NCBI GenBank assembly: GCA_964036045.1
Contig: OZ038378.1
Coordinates: forward strand, 17,484,001 to 17,548,000
Direction of reading: 5' to 3'
Origin: Eutreptiella sp. 'Long Island Sound 2002'
Lineage: Eukaryota; Protista; Euglenida
Length of the DNA stretch: 64,000 nt
The notes under the pieces are model-generated. The model saw only the letters and a list, made by a program, of their open reading frames with translations, did no database searches and was not told where the DNA came from. Position numbers and translations under genes: made by a program. Shown here piece after piece: positions 23,764 through 35,700 of the stretch. Within the stretch, counting starts at the first letter, position 1. The number at the start of each line of letters is the position of its first letter.

Positions 23764-23973
23764 GCGTCTGCAAGGGCAGTCCAAGTGGTTGGGTGGACAG
23801 TGAAGGAGACACCTGCGAGAATTACAAGGCCCTCAATTGGTGCACTGCATACGGGAAGTACGGATCCGAGTGGGACCATTCGTGGGGATCGTTTGCTGAT
23901 TACAGGACTCAAGGCAAGGATGCCACAGAGGCCTGTTGTGAATGTGGTGGTGGGGATCATGGTGGCGGCAGTG
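23764..23973 (+). CDS. Host gene exon: Cys/Trp-rich module A2 (3' boundary uncertain)
   Basis: Near-identical to 16902-17111, with the same acceptor. Confidence 0.8.
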
Positions 23974-25032
23974 GTAGCTCCCTCTCGACTGCTATGCCCT
24001 GTTTGTGCGCATTGGGGCTGTTGGTTCAACAGGGCTGGGTGCGGGTGAGGTGCATGGGTTATGGGGGGAAAAGGAAACGAAACGGGGGTCGCCACCTGCG
24101 ATGTAAACCAGACTTGTTACTCTCAGTGAAATACACGTTGTCATGCGTTTGGACGCACGAACCGCCTCGCTTGGCTTATGCATACGGCTGGACCACTATT
24201 GGCCTCCACTCTCGTCACCCATTGCCCCCGCAGCCATGCTTGACGTTGCACCAGCATTGCTGCAATAATAGACACGTCTGAAGTGAGTCGCTCTTCTCTC
24301 GCTGTTCGCGGCCGCTTTTCGAGTTGGACCGCACGCCAGTAAACCGATACTGCCTTTTGTGGCCTGTCTAGAAGTATTGGACAAGGCTCTGTGACCTGTC
24401 GTCCCCCCCTTCTTCCAAGACGTACTCAGCCTATGACTCACCCCAGGAGCAGGAGGAAATATGCACCGAAACTCTTCATCCCGCAATACACACCTCAAAC
24501 CGCTGATCATTCAGAAGATCTTGAATCCCCTCCCCCACCCCCTCTTGGACGCTCGCTTTGGCCCAACCTCCCCCTGCCTCCGCGGGTGCTCGAATGCTGA
24601 GAGCAGTGGTATTGTGCAGACCCATGTAGATCTCTGACCTGGTGTAGCTTGCGGAATGGCGGGGAGGAGTAGGGGAAGCCGGGCTTCGGGGCGAAGAGAC
24701 GGCATGGCGCATGTTGTTTCAGCGCAGCATTGCTCGGCAGAGCAGAACAGTCACTTTCGGGCTGCTGCACCTCAGCTGAGCTTGAGCTTCGCGGTTTGTG
24801 CGACGATTGCATTGCCGCCCCACACACCCCACGCTTCTTCCGACACCCGATTTGACGCGACGAGAGCGTTGGATTAACAATTGGGAAGGAACGCTTGGGC
24901 TTTGTGGCCCACTTCCCTCTTTTCGCTTTGGTATTGGTGCACCTGCACCTCGATGTGCCGGACATTCCAATTGTGGCGCCTGAGACCGAGCTCGCCCACT
25001 CGTTCACCCACTCATTGTCTCACTTTCGGCAG

Positions 25033-25227
25033 CTCCGGTTTGTGAAGATAGTCCCTTCGATTGGCTTGACTCTCAAGGCCGCACCTGCACCGACTACGTG
25101 TCGGGAAATTTGTGCACCGCCGACGGGCAATACGGCAGTGCGTGGTCGCAGTATTGGGGCGTGTTTGCTGATTTCGCCGTGAACGGAGTCGCAGCCCCGG
25201 AAGCATGTTGTGGATGTGGGAAGGAAG
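25033..25227 (+). CDS. Host gene exon: Cys/Trp-rich module B2
   Basis: CAG|...|GTGCTG, 195 bp. Near-identical to 17754-17948 (Q>L at DWQD/DWLD). Confidence 0.85.
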
Positions 25228-26529
25228 GTGCTGTGGAGTGTTGCGGGAGGCCGTGTGTTGTTCGTCGGAAGGGATGGGGGCTGCCGCCAGGGGAAGACTG
25301 ATGGCCCCCATGCACGCCGTAGGCAAGTGTGGGCATGGCAGAAGGTGACGAAAATGCCAAGGCTTCTGGAACCAGGGGTCTACTCAAGAAGCACGAGTTA
25401 TTGTGCGCAGGAAAGTTTTGACATACGGTTGGAGGTAAACAAGAAGCCGCCGGATGTTGGCAGTCAACTGACGTTTTGTTGTCAGTCAGTTACCGGCAGT
25501 TGGCGTGCCAAATGTCATGGTACAGACAAGTTCTTTTGTTTGGGGAAGTCTTGTGAGGAACTCCATCGGACTCAGCCCCACGTGTGTGAGCCCGTTCAGC
25601 CCTGTGCAGTGCCCCGCATCACCTCCTGCGGTTTGCCTATCTACTCCACACTCCATTGCCAACCCCGTTACGGCTGTGGCGGATGCTGACAGCAGCCGGG
25701 GCCACAGGGACCACAGTAGTACGACAGCATTGGAGATTACAACAGAGAGCAAGGGCGACGTGGGCCGTGCCCAGGACGAGCTCATGTCTGAAGGCACCGC
25801 TCAGGCCTCCGGGACTGGGGAGCAGCGCTCGATGCAGACGGGCACTCCCCACAGAGTTCGATCGAGGATGACATTGTTCGGCCCAAAATGCAACGTGCAT
25901 TTTTTTTCCAAAACCAGACTCGGTGTTTTGAGCGCACGAAATCGGGGGCTCGAAAGTAAAGACAGCACCTGAATTGGCTGATCAATCGCGGGGCTGGCCC
26001 GGCCAAAATTGACAATCATCCAAAGACACCCCGAATCGAACCCCTTGTCATATGCCGTGCGCACATCCTGCCAAATCACCCCCGTGCACTGCGGCTGCCC
26101 ATGATCTAGCCACCACTTCGACATGATGTTTGGCGGTTGGCCTGTAACCACGAGTGATCTCCATTGCCTGACTTTGGTTGAGCACAAGCTCTGATGCATG
26201 TGTTGAGGACTGACTGCGGGAGCCGGGGGCCCAACGGGCAAATGGTGTGTGGGAACGCCCCACAGGGCACTTGTGCGCCTTTTTTGGCCATTTTGACGCC
26301 GAAATTCGAACATGGCGATTTCCAGGCCCTACCCGCAGTTTTTAGCGGATTTCCCGGCGGACCAAACCAAACCAAACCAAAAATCTAGATTCTGAGATGC
26401 ATATCCTACGGGCCTGGCCCCCTGCCATCTGCGTACCCGATTCACGGCAGCTTTACGTTTCCAGAAATCGGATCGGGGGTTGGGGGCCGTGAGGAGGGTG
26501 CGGGTGGGGGCCCAACGCGCTGCTGAGCA

Positions 26530-28300
26530 ATCAATGGATTGTGCCTCAACTCCTGAAATGTCTGCAGTGCAGATTGTGAGCGTGCCACTCAGGCCATTTT
26601 GTGTTGCTAAAACTTGGCCCCAAATTTCCGGTCTCTTTGGCAAACTGCGGTTTTGCTCTGAGGCAATCTTTCTGGTGTGGGTGCATTTGGGGTGCGGTGG
26701 GGGGTTGGCTGGGGCGGGTCAGGGTTCCAAACGACCCCATCCCCCGCCCATACCCACACCTTAATTGTCGTGCAGACGAGAATTGCAGACAGAACGTGGG
26801 TGCGATCGGGCCTGCATTAGCGCGTTGGTTTTGGTGTTGGTTTTCTTATGTTACCCGTGGCGCCGCATCGTCGAGTCTCGGGGCCTAAGACCAGGAGGGA
26901 CACAGAGCCATCCACGGCGTCTCCCCGCAACCGTCTCCGCCTGCGGAACTGCGCCGTCTCCTCGCACCGGCCTCTGTCTGCAGTGCCCCCCCCCGAGGCA
27001 TCGACTCACGTCGCGACCGCAGCAGAATCTGCGTGCGGCAGTACACCCCCTTCCCCCCCCCCCCCCTCTCTCTCGTGGCCTGGCACCCGTACAACAACCC
27101 CCAGGACGGTGGCTTGCAGGCGTGGCTGCCGGCATGCACTGCTGGAACGGCCCCTGGGCATCTACCAACTGCTGTCCGTAAACCAGCAGCCACAGTGAAT
27201 GGCCGACCCCCGTTTTGTGAGCGGCCCAGCGCGGTTGGTCGGCTGCTGCGACTGCTGCATTTTTCGGTAGTCAAGTGTAAAGCAGCCCGGACTTGTCTGA
27301 TTGGGGCCGGCCCTGGACCACAGGCACTGTTGGCAGGAGTATGCTCTGCGTCCCGATTCTGTGCTGCCTGCGTGCATGGTGCCCTGCCCCCTCGCGGTGT
27401 GTGGGTGTCTCCGCAGCCTGTGTCATTGATGTGATGCTTGTGGTGGACCGCTCGGGATCGATTGGTACGGCTGATTGGCAAGAAATGGTCAAGTACACGA
27501 AGGATCGAGTGGGGCGGACCGAATTCACGGACGGCAACGGCAACCGGTTGGGAATTGTAGCGTTCTCGACTTCTTCTGCAGTGGTGTGTGCCATGCAGCA
27601 CGATGCGCAGGCGCTGTTGGCCTGCATCGATAGGATCGTGTACACCGGAGGCTGGACCAATACAGCGCAGGGTATTTGGGATGCGGGAGCACAACTGCAG
27701 CGGTACTCCAGCAGCAGTAGAACGCGGTTGATTGAAGGTGTGTGAGTGTGAGTGAGTGAGTGAGTGAGTGAGTGTGTGTGGGGGGGGGGGGATCAATGGG
27801 CCCGTAGGTGGGCTGTGGCTGGAGCTGGTGCTTCGCTAATGCAGGCCCCACGTTTTGTCTACTAGTCTCTTCTGCACGACAATTAGGGTGTGGGTGTTGC
27901 AACCGAAGCAGTGCCACAAAAAAAAGGTTCGTGACACTGCTACACGGGCCCTGCGACGCCATTTTCTTGGTTTTGGGGGTGCCACGGGTCGTCCATTTGA
28001 CCCAACACGCTGCTTAGTAATCAATGGATTGTGCCTCAACCCCTGAAATCTCCGCAGTGTAGATTGGCAGCGTGCCACTCAGGCCATTGCCATTGCTTTG
28101 TGGCGAAAAATCCCCAGCCCCGGGGAGGGGGCGGGCAGAGGGGTGGATCACAGCTTTCAAAAAGTTTGTGTTGCTAGAAGCTGGCACCATATTTCCGGTC
28201 TCTTTGGCAAACTGCGGTTTTGCTCTGAGGCAATCTTTCTGGTGTGGGTGCATTTGGGGTGCGGTGGGGGTTGGCTGGGGCTGGCCAGGGTTCCAAACGA
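26530..28300. repeat. Two partial copies of a TIR-bearing repeat bracketing the vWA exon
   Basis: 26753-26822 is the reverse complement of 27834-27893. 26530-26730 aligns directly with 28021-28300. Confidence 0.7.
27417..27737 (+). CDS. Host gene exon: vWA N-half (copy 2)
   Basis: 321 bp, phase 1-1, DRSGS MIDAS motif. About 3 substitutions versus copy 1. Confidence 0.9.
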
Positions 28301-28704
28301 CCCTATCCCCCCCTTCGGGCGTCACTAAGGGCTGGTGCCCCTTGTGCGACTGCAACCGTAGACCACCTGCGATTGGTGGCCACCTACCATGGCTCCTGAG
28401 GAGGCCAGGGGTGAGATTTTGTCACCTGTGTTGATGGGTTGGTAGCACCAGGGGACCAGTGCAAACAGATCCTCTCTGCTGTGATGTCCCGTGGAGCCGT
28501 ACGTCATTCTCTTCCATTCCATTTGGAAGGACTGTCGCCTCCAGGAGCCGGCCAAATACTGCCGGCCATCCAAGCTTCATCAGGGGTCCAAGCACTCCGG
28601 GTGAGGTGTAAGGGGTAATCGCTATGGGGCGGACGGGAGGGGATCAGTCATTTCAGATGGCTGTTTTTGAAGATTGGTGTGTGTGTGTGTGCCGTGTAGT
28701 GTGC

Positions 28705-28731
28705 ACTTTCTGAGTGTCTATTTTTTTTTCG
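28705..28731 (+). other. Euglenid spliced-leader (SL) sequence relic in an intron
   Basis: ACTTTCTGAGTGTCTATTTTTTTTTCG is the 26-nt Euglena SL (ACTTTCTGAGTGTCTATTTTTTTTCG) with one extra T. It is followed by AAAGG, not by a GT donor. Confidence 0.9.
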
Positions 28732-29113
28732 AAAGGACCTTGCCTACCTTTTTGTTAATGGCCTGATGAAATTGTCTCGGTGACCAGTGCTCTGCCTTCG
28801 CCTGCTTTCGTCTTCACTGACGTTGTGCCCCGCGTTTGGTCCCCACTGGTTTTCCCGCACGAAGTGTGTGCCGTGTGGTGTTGTGAAGCCAACCCCCGGC
28901 CCATCACAGACGCCCCAATGCTCGCACTCTGCGTGACACTGTCCGTGGCCATAGCAGTGTGGTAACACATGCGCTCAAAGAACAATCAGCATGACCGTCC
29001 CAAGCAGCGGGGGTAGGGGTACCTCTTGGCTCTACGCATCAGCAGCAGTACTGCTGTAGTGGTTATGGAAGGATGTGACAGTTCCGAGATACAGCCCTTT
29101 GTTTGTGCTGCAG

Positions 29114-29389
29114 TGATCACCGATGGACAGTCGCAGACGTTTGCTGGTGATACGGCGACGACGCTCCAAACCAGACAAGCTGCCGAGGACGAGAAGACAA
29201 AAGGCGTGATTGTCCTGGCGATTGGAGTGGGCAATGGCCCCAATACCAATGAGCTGAGGGCGATGGCCAGTGAGCCCAAGGACAGCCATTGGACCCGACT
29301 GGGCAGCTTTGCATCCCTTCTGAGGCTGTCCAAGGCCCTCTCTGAATCATGTGTGCCTGAGATCCCGGATGGATCGAGTCGTACATGGG
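29114..29389 (+). CDS. Host gene exon: vWA C-half (copy 2, intact)
   Basis: CAG|TGATCACCGATGGA (VITDG) ... |GTACTG, 276 bp, phase 1-1. Confidence 0.9.
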
Positions 29390-30176
29390 GTACTGTGCCT
29401 CCCCCGTCATATGTGTGCCACGTTGCATCATGTTGGACGGTGCTGATCACAGGGGCGGACCGTCATTGTGAGCTCTTTGCTTTTGTTTTGCGTCGGACCG
29501 CAAGTGGAGGTGGGGTCGCTGCAAAGCGCTCCAAAGACTCTGCACAGATGGTGGTGGGGCGTATTGGACGTCCGTTCCGGCCGCTCCCTCCTCCTTGACA
29601 GTCAACAACGCCCTGCAACACCCGTAAACAACCCTCTGCAAACCAGTACAACGATGAACAATACCCAGAACTCCCTCAAGCAGGAGCATAACCCACAACA
29701 ACCCTCACAGCCCCGCAGCAGCCGTCTTTAGCCTCCACCACGCCTCAGCAACCGTCGCCGACCCGACCCAGCCGCCTCCAAGGTTACGACCCTGTACAGC
29801 AATCAGAAATCTTTGCACTGAAACCCAGACAAATGACGGCTTTTCCCGAGTCTCTCATGGTGCTGGTTCGGAAAAGGACTATTTTTGCTTTTTCTGACGT
29901 TTCGGTCCGTGGTACCCCCGTGCCATCCCTGGAGGGATTCAGGGTTCCGGTCCATGGAGTGTATGGGGGGGTCTGGCCAGGGGCCCGTGTCCCTCCTCCC
30001 CCCCCCATCTGGCCATTGAAAATCCGTGGCCCCATTTTGATCGAAAGTGTCTTCATCACAGAGCAATGCCCGTGTTGTCCTGCTGATGTAACAGATGTAC
30101 AGCCCCTTCTCTTGCAGAACCCTGAACCCTTGGGGGGTATGAGTTGTCCCTTCGCCACGTGATGCCTCATGTGCAG

Positions 30177-30464
30177 AGTGCCAGTCGCTGGACAGCCGCA
30201 GCACTGATGATTGGTGCCGAAGGAACTGCTATGACAACAACGAGCAGCTGAAGGACGTCTGCGATCCAGCCAGCGGACCTGCACAAGTGTGCCGCTGCCC
30301 TGTGGACTGCAAAGTTGACGAGTGGACCGCTTGGACTGGGTGCTCTGTCACGTGCGGTCATGGAAATAGGACAAGGACGCGGGCCATCACAACAGCGGCT
30401 GCCGACGGCGGGGCATCGTGTCCGGCCACTTCGGGATCACAGAGCTGCAATGCAGGGGCCTGTG
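30177..30464 (+). CDS. Host gene exon: Cys module + TSP1 (copy 2)
   Basis: 288 bp, phase 1-1, essentially identical to 22071-22358. Confidence 0.9.
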
Positions 30465-31299
30465 GTATGATTGTTGTGCCGGGGAGGGCACAGATGGGAC
30501 GCTTGACGCCCGGTGCCATGTGCACCTGATTGCGTGATCCTGGCTACTCTTGCCTGCCTCTGCTCATTCCAGCGGATGCATTGCCTGAGGAATCTCAGCC
30601 CTCGTCAGCCATTGTCACCCATGGTCTCGTGTTTTGCGGTAGCCTGTGGTGGAGTTGTGAGAGGGCGTTTTTTTGGTACAATTGCATTGTCCACTATCCG
30701 AAACTCTTTGTTGTGTGTGTTCCGTACGGTTGACCTGGTGGCGGAGGCCGAGCCGGTTGCTCAGCAGCCGAGGGCCTGCGGCGAACTAACGGCAGCTGAT
30801 GGCTCACCGACGATTGGTGGCCGCGGCACCGGTGCTCCGTTGAGGCAGCTGGAGGCCGGCACGGTTTGTTATTGGCATTGACGATGGTCTATGGTCGTCA
30901 GACGTGCCACCGTGCTGCCCTCATCAGCCTCCACAACAGACCACCAACACGCAAACGCCAAACGGCTACAACAAGGACAAAGGGTAGTTGCCCTTGCCGC
31001 ATCTCTCTGCAACTCTTTCTGTAACCCCTTCCCCCCACTTCCTCTTCACGAGAATACGCCCGGCAAACCCGAATGCCCCCACCACACCGGACACCACACT
31101 GGACATCTTTGGATCGGGAAGCTCGAGGCCAGCCCCCCCCCCCCCGAAAAACAACTCGGTCAATGCTCCCTAACGTTGACGACATGGATCACGCGCGCTG
31201 TCCTGTCAGGCCTGCAGCCCCTGCAGCCCATCAGCCCTCTGGCATTTGGCGAAATCTTGAGAAGGGCACGTGGACGAGCTGGGCCACTTGGACACTGTC

Positions 31300-31700
31300 G
31301 GGGCCCCCTAAAGTGCGGTGTCAGGGTTGTTGGCACTGTTGTGTCTACCACACGTTGTTTGGCCGTCACGATTCGCTCCCGCCGGATGTGCCCCCATGGG
31401 ACGCGTTGTGCGGATCCGGTGCCGCTGGTGGCCAACAAGAGGCGAAGTGGACTGGGAGCACTTCTCGTGGTGCATGGGGTATGTACGGGTGAGGGGAGGC
31501 CTATGGGCCATGCGGTGTCTACCAGGTGCGCTCGAGTGCACCCCTCCCGCTCGCCAACGCAAGAGAACATATACGGGACGGGCACGAACCCGGCACTCAC
31601 ATACCGAAAGACGGCAGCTATATGCCCTGAACCTCGCCCTGTGGCCCCTCCGGCCCCCAGACAGACGAAGAAGGGGTGGGGGAAAGAGTTGTTGAGACCG
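31300..31700 (+). mobile_element. Possible 3' fragment of a LINE (Zn-finger remnant)
   Basis: IRCRWWPTRGEVDWEHFSWC resembles the C-terminal C..C....EH..W.C motif of non-LTR ORF2. Isolated motif only. Confidence 0.25.
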
Positions 31701-31730
31701 GATTCCTGTGCCTTCTCCTGGCCTTCTGTG

Positions 31731-32495
31731 CATACCTGATGCTAGCGTCCGTTTTGATATGGGTACCCGTCCGTGTGCGTCCGTTTTGTTTTTGGGGAGC
31801 GTCCGTTTGCGTCCGTTTCAGTTTTGGGGTGCGTCCGTTTGCGTCCGTTTCAGATTTTGGGGGGCGAAATCAGAAATTGCCGGCAACAAAGAGTGTCGTG
31901 GGCTGGCATGATACCCCCGCCGATGGTTGAGCGGATAATAGGAAATGTAAGCACGAAAACAGGGGGGGCGCTGGGACCGGACCCTTTACGCCGACTCCCC
32001 CCGCCCCCTCCCTGCCGGGTTTTGGCTGGAAAGTGCCGGACCATGGGCGCCAAAGGCGCCCTAAGGAAATTTTGCTTGACTTAGTAGAGGGTGAAACAAT
32101 GGGTTTCCACCCCATGTGTCTATACTCAAAATCCTCAGGTTTTTGAGGAGAACCCAATAGTGGATGAAAACCAAATTGGACCAAATACGAATACCACCCC
32201 TGTGCAGTGGCATGTCAGACATGAGCCATACCCTAGTGGTAGAGCAGTGCCTCTGCAATTGAACGGTTCTGGGTTGCAACCCCAGTGGGATCAATCTGCA
32301 GGGCTGTAGGTAGGATCAGGGGCACCATGGGACAGTTTTGTTTTTGTGCAGAAGATGTGAGGGCACAGCCATGGTATGATTCGGGAGCGTCCGTTTGCGT
32401 CCGTTTTAGTTTTTGGGTGCGTCCGTTTGCGTCCGTTTCAGATTTTGGGGGGCATCCGCAACCGTCCGGAAAAACGGACGCTAGCATCAGGTATG
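31731..32495. mobile_element. Non-autonomous hAT-like element (765 bp) with perfect TIRs and 8-bp TSD
   Basis: TIR CATACCTGATGCTAGCGTCCGTTTT (31731-31755) and its exact reverse complement (32471-32495). TSD CTTCTGTG at 31723-31730 and 32496-32503. Subterminal GCGTCCGTTT arrays. Confidence 0.9.
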
Positions 32496-32554
32496 CTTCT
32501 GTGCGCAACACTACGCGTACGCACTGTGCATGCGCCTGTCACATGTATCTTCAG

Positions 32555-35500
32555 GACCCCCATCTGTTTCCCCATCAGTATCTGCCTCACTGTCGCCATC
32601 AGCTTCCGTGTCAGATTCTGCATCCCCATCCCCATCCTCATTCCCTTCACCGTCACCGTCACCGTCACCGTCCGCATCGCCATCCACATCTGCCATTGCC
32701 TCACCAGTCGCGTCTGTGTCACATTCTGCATCTGTGTCGCCATCATCGTTGCCATCTGCATCCACATCGCCATCATTCACGCCTCTCGCATCAGCGTCTC
32801 CATCGCCGTTCCCATCGCCCAGCCCATCACTGTCTGCATCCGCATCAATATCACTCTTCCCGGAATCCCCCTCAACCCCATCCCCATCATCATACCCACC
32901 ATCATCCTCTCCGTCATCATCCCCCGAGCGTATGCCAGACATTCCGGATGTTTGTGCTGATGACACGGGGATGATTCAGCAGTTTGCTTATTCGTCACTC
33001 GATCAGTGCATGACGAAATGTGATGGCAGTGAAGAGTGCATAGCTGTAGCACATGGGCAGGGTATATGCCAGTTACTGCATACCCTGGTCTACGTGTCGG
33101 GTAATTGCTCTAACATTTACATCATCAGAATCACATTTGTTCCTTCACCGTCACCGTCACCGTCCGCATCACCATCCACATCTACCATCCCCTCGCCAGT
33201 CGCTTCTGCATCGCAATCCGCATCTGTGTCGCCATCATCGTTGCCATCTGCATCCGCATCCGCATCCCCATCCCCATCCTCATTCCCTTCATCGTCACCG
33301 TCACCGTCACCGTCCGCATCGCCATCCACATCTGCCATTGCCTCACCAGCCGCGTCTGTGTCACATTCTGCATCTGTGTCGCCATCATCGTTGCCATCTG
33401 CATCCACATCGCCATCATTCACGCCGCTCGCATCAGCGTCTCCATCGCCGTTCCCATCGCCCAGCCCATCACTGTCCGCATCCGCATCAATATCACTCTT
33501 CCCGGAATCCCCATCCCCATCATCATACCCACCATCATCCTCTCCGTCATCATCCCCCGAGCGTATGCCAGACATTCCGGATGTTTGTGCTGATGACACG
33601 GGGATGATTCAGCAGTTTGCTTATTCGTCACTCGATCAGTGCATGACGAAATGTGATGGCAGTGAAGAGTGCATAGCTGTAGCACATGGGCAGGGTATAT
33701 GCCAGTTACTACATACCCTGGTCTACGTGTCGGGTAATTGCTCTAACATTTACATCATCAGAATCACATTTGTTCCTTCACCGTCACCGTCACCGTCCGC
33801 ATCACCATCCACATCTACCATCCCCTCGCCAGTCGCTTCTGCATCGCAATCCGCATCTGTGTCGCCATCATCGTTGCCATCTGCATCCGCATCCCCATCC
33901 CCATCCTCATTCCCTTCATCGTCACCGTCACCGTCACCGTCCGCATCGCCATCCACATCTGCCATTGCCTCACCAGTCGCGTCTGTGTCACATTCTGCAT
34001 CTGTGTCGCCATCATCGTTGCCATCTGCATCCACATCGCCATCATTCACGCCTCTCGCATCAGCGTCTCCATCGCCGTTCCCATCGCCCAGCCCATCACT
34101 GTCTGCATCCGCATCAATATCACTCTTCCCGGAATCCCCCTCAACCCCATCCCCATCATCATACCCACCATCATCCTCTCCGTCATCATCCCCCGAGCGT
34201 ATGCCAGACATTCCGGATGTTTGTGCTGATGACACGGGGATGATTCAGCAGTTTGCTTATGCGTCACTCGATCAGTGCATGACGAAATGTGATGGCAGTG
34301 AAGAGTGCATAGCTGTAGCACATGGGCAGGGTATATGCCAGTTACTACATACCCTGGTCTACGTGTCGGGTAATTGCTCTAACATTTACATCATCAGAAT
34401 CACATTTGTTCCTTCACCGTCACCGTCACCGTCCGCATCACCATCCACATCTACCATCCCCTCGCCAGTCGCTTCTGCATCGCAATCCGCATCTGTGTCG
34501 CCATCATCGTTGCCATCTGCATCCGCATCCCCATCCCCATCCTCATTCCCTTCATCGTCACCGTCACGGTCACCGTCACCGTCACCGTCCGCATCGCCAT
34601 CCACATCTGCCATTGCCTCACCAGTCGCGTCTGTGTCACATTCTGCATCTGTGTCGCCATCATCGTTGCCATCTGCATCCACATCGCCATCATTCACGCC
34701 GCTCGCATCAGCGTCTCCATCGCCGTTCCCATCGCCCAGCCCATCACTGTCTGCATCCGCATCAATATCACTCTTCCCGGAATCCCCCTCAACCCCATCC
34801 CCATCATCATACCCACCATCATCCTCTCCGTCATCATCCCCCGAGCGTATGCCAGACATTCCGGATGTTTGTGCTGATGACACGGGGATGATTCAGCAGT
34901 TTGCTTATTCGTCACTCGATCAGTGCATGACGAAATGTGATGGCAGTGAAGAGTGCATAGCTGTAGCACATGGGCAGGGTATATGCCAGTTACTACATAC
35001 CCTGGTCTACGTGTCGGGTAATTGCTCTAACATTTACATCATCAGAATCACATTTGTTCCTTCACCGTCACCGTCACCGTCCGCATCACCATCCACATCT
35101 ACCATCCCCTCGCCAGTCGCTTCTGCATCGCAATCCGCATCTGTGTCGCCATCATCGTTGCCATCTGCATCCGCATCCCCATCCCCATCCTCATTCCCTT
35201 CATCGTCACCGTCACCGTCACCGTCCGCATCGCCATCCACATCTGCCATTGCCTCACCAGTCGCGTCTGTGTCACATTCTGCATCTGTGTCGCCATCATC
35301 GTTGCCATCTGCATCCACATCGCCATCATTCACGCCGCTCGCATCAGCGTCTCCATCGCCGTTCCCATCGCCCAGCCCATCACTGCCCGCATCCGCATCA
35401 ATATCACTCTTCCCGGAATCCCCCTCAACCCCATCCCCATCATCATACCCACCATCATCCTCTCCGTCATCATCCCCCGAGCGTATGCCAGACATTCCGG

Positions 35501-35700
35501 ATGTTTGTGCTGATGACACGGGGATGATTCAGCAGTTTGCTCATGCGTCACTCGATCAGTGCATGACGAAATGTGATGGCAGTGAAGAGTGCATAGCTGT
35601 AGCACATGGGCAGGGTATATGCCAGTTACTGCATACCCTGGTCTACGTGTCGGGTAATTGCTCTAACATTTACATCATCAGAATCACATTTGTTCCTTCA
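32555..35700 (+). repeat. Five coding repeats of 633-648 bp (Ser/Pro linker + PAN/apple-like Cys module)
   Basis: ERMPDIPDVCADDTG...SLDQCMTKCDGSEECIAVAHGQGICQL begins at 32926, 33559, 34195, 34843 and 35479. Confidence 0.95.

Larger units (their letters stand above)
23458..30563 (+). repeat. Tandem segmental duplication, unit 2
   Basis: Paralog of 16595-22457; the middle introns are unrelated. Confidence 0.95.

Noticed and set aside
28705-28810. Functional SL RNA gene
   Set aside because: No GT donor after the SL exon, no evident Sm site, and not in a tandem array.
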